Source of the DNA: an uncultured delta proteobacterium
Lineage (GTDB): Bacteria; Desulfobacterota; Syntrophobacteria; BM002
Direction: 5' to 3'
Assembly: GCA_963712115.1 (NCBI GenBank)
Contig: CAVQGX010000026.1
Location: 1 to 64,000, forward strand
DNA length: 64,000 nt
Positions 63,276 to 64,000 of the stretch are shown here, in pieces. Within the stretch, counting starts at the first letter, position 1. Each line of letters opens with the position of its first letter. The notes under the pieces are model-generated. The model made no database searches and was not told where the DNA came from. It saw only the letters and a program-made list of their open reading frames with translations. The position numbers were made by a program, and so were the translations under genes.

Positions 63276-64000
63276 ATGAAAAGACTACTGTTGCCGTTCG
63301 CTGTTATACTGATGCTTATCATCAGCTGCCAACAGGAGCCTACCGGAACCCCAACGAGTTCAACCGAAGCCACGATAGGCGGTGTCTACCGAGCTGCCCT
63401 TCCCTGGAGTCCGACGAATCTCTGGATCCGCGCCTTCACCACGGATATCTACTCGGTAACTCTAATCCAACAGATCTTTGACGGCTTAGTTCAGTTCGAC
63501 AAGAATCTCAATGTAGTCCCGAGCCTCGCCAGCTCTTGGAAAGTATCGCCGGATCGGCCTTACTTACACGTTTACTCTCCGAGAAGATGCCAAATTTCAC
63601 AACGGCCGACAGGTGACAGCTGACGATTTCGTCTATTCATTTACCCGCATCCTGGATCCAGAGGAGCCAGCAGGCGCACTAAGCTTCTTTGAAAGAGTTA
63701 AGGGGGCGGCGATCCTACCGAAATGGGAAGAGTAAAGAAGTTGCTGGTCTCAAGGCCCTTGATGCTCACACCCTGGAGATAACTCTCAGATGAACCTTTT
63801 GCACCGTTTCTGTCCAGTGTTGGCCATGGCGATTCCAAGGTGGTTGCCCCGAGAAGAGGTCGAACGGTGGGGCAAGGAATTTGGCCATCACCCGGTGGGC
63901 ACAGGTCCCTTCCGCTTGGAGTCTTGGGAAGGGAATCAGATTGTGCTCAGTGCAAATCCTGATTACCACGAAGGCAGACCTTATTTGGATCGAGTTCGTC
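63276..64000 (+). CDS. ABC-type peptide-binding lipoprotein (SBP family 5), runs off the window, several indels
   Basis: Lipobox IISC, QIFDGLVQFD, PSLASSW, TYTFTLR, KFHNG, TADDFVYSF, HPVGTGPF across shifted frames. Confidence 0.88.

Overview
Chromosomal segment of an anaerobic Desulfobacterota-like (deltaproteobacterial) genome. Left part (1-14 kb): Wood-Ljungdahl/electron-bifurcation genes (hdrA-like, mvhD, hdrA-like, mvhD, metV, metF, response regulator, ACT protein; on the minus strand a sigma54-driven HdrD/DsrK-type CCG protein, cooS and a CGGC protein). Three genes contain in-frame UGA codons at conserved Cys positions followed by SECIS-like hairpins, i.e. selenoproteins that the ORF track splits. 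The rest is mostly housekeeping (cfa, carB, RND pump, hisD, rlpA, Re-citrate synthase, aspS, hisS, polA, rng, rplU-rpmA-obgE-proB-nadD-rsfS, EF-G paralog, ihf, serS, hpt). Single-base indels near both window ends and in fusA look like long-read errors. Most notable: (1) an unannotated ~330-nt, independently transcribed, highly structured RNA after polA, with a 21-bp closing helix and three tandem H-type pseudoknots (tmRNA-like layout but no tRNA-like domain); (2) a candidate peptide-signalling module at the right end (NtrC-type regulator, enhancer boxes, sigma54 promoter, signal peptide plus ~6-aa peptide, peptide-binding lipoprotein); (3) many intergenic gaps filled with nested palindromes built from 7-9-nt tandem units, plus ~200-bp MITE-like elements. 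All calls are from reading the sequence; no searches or folding programs were run.
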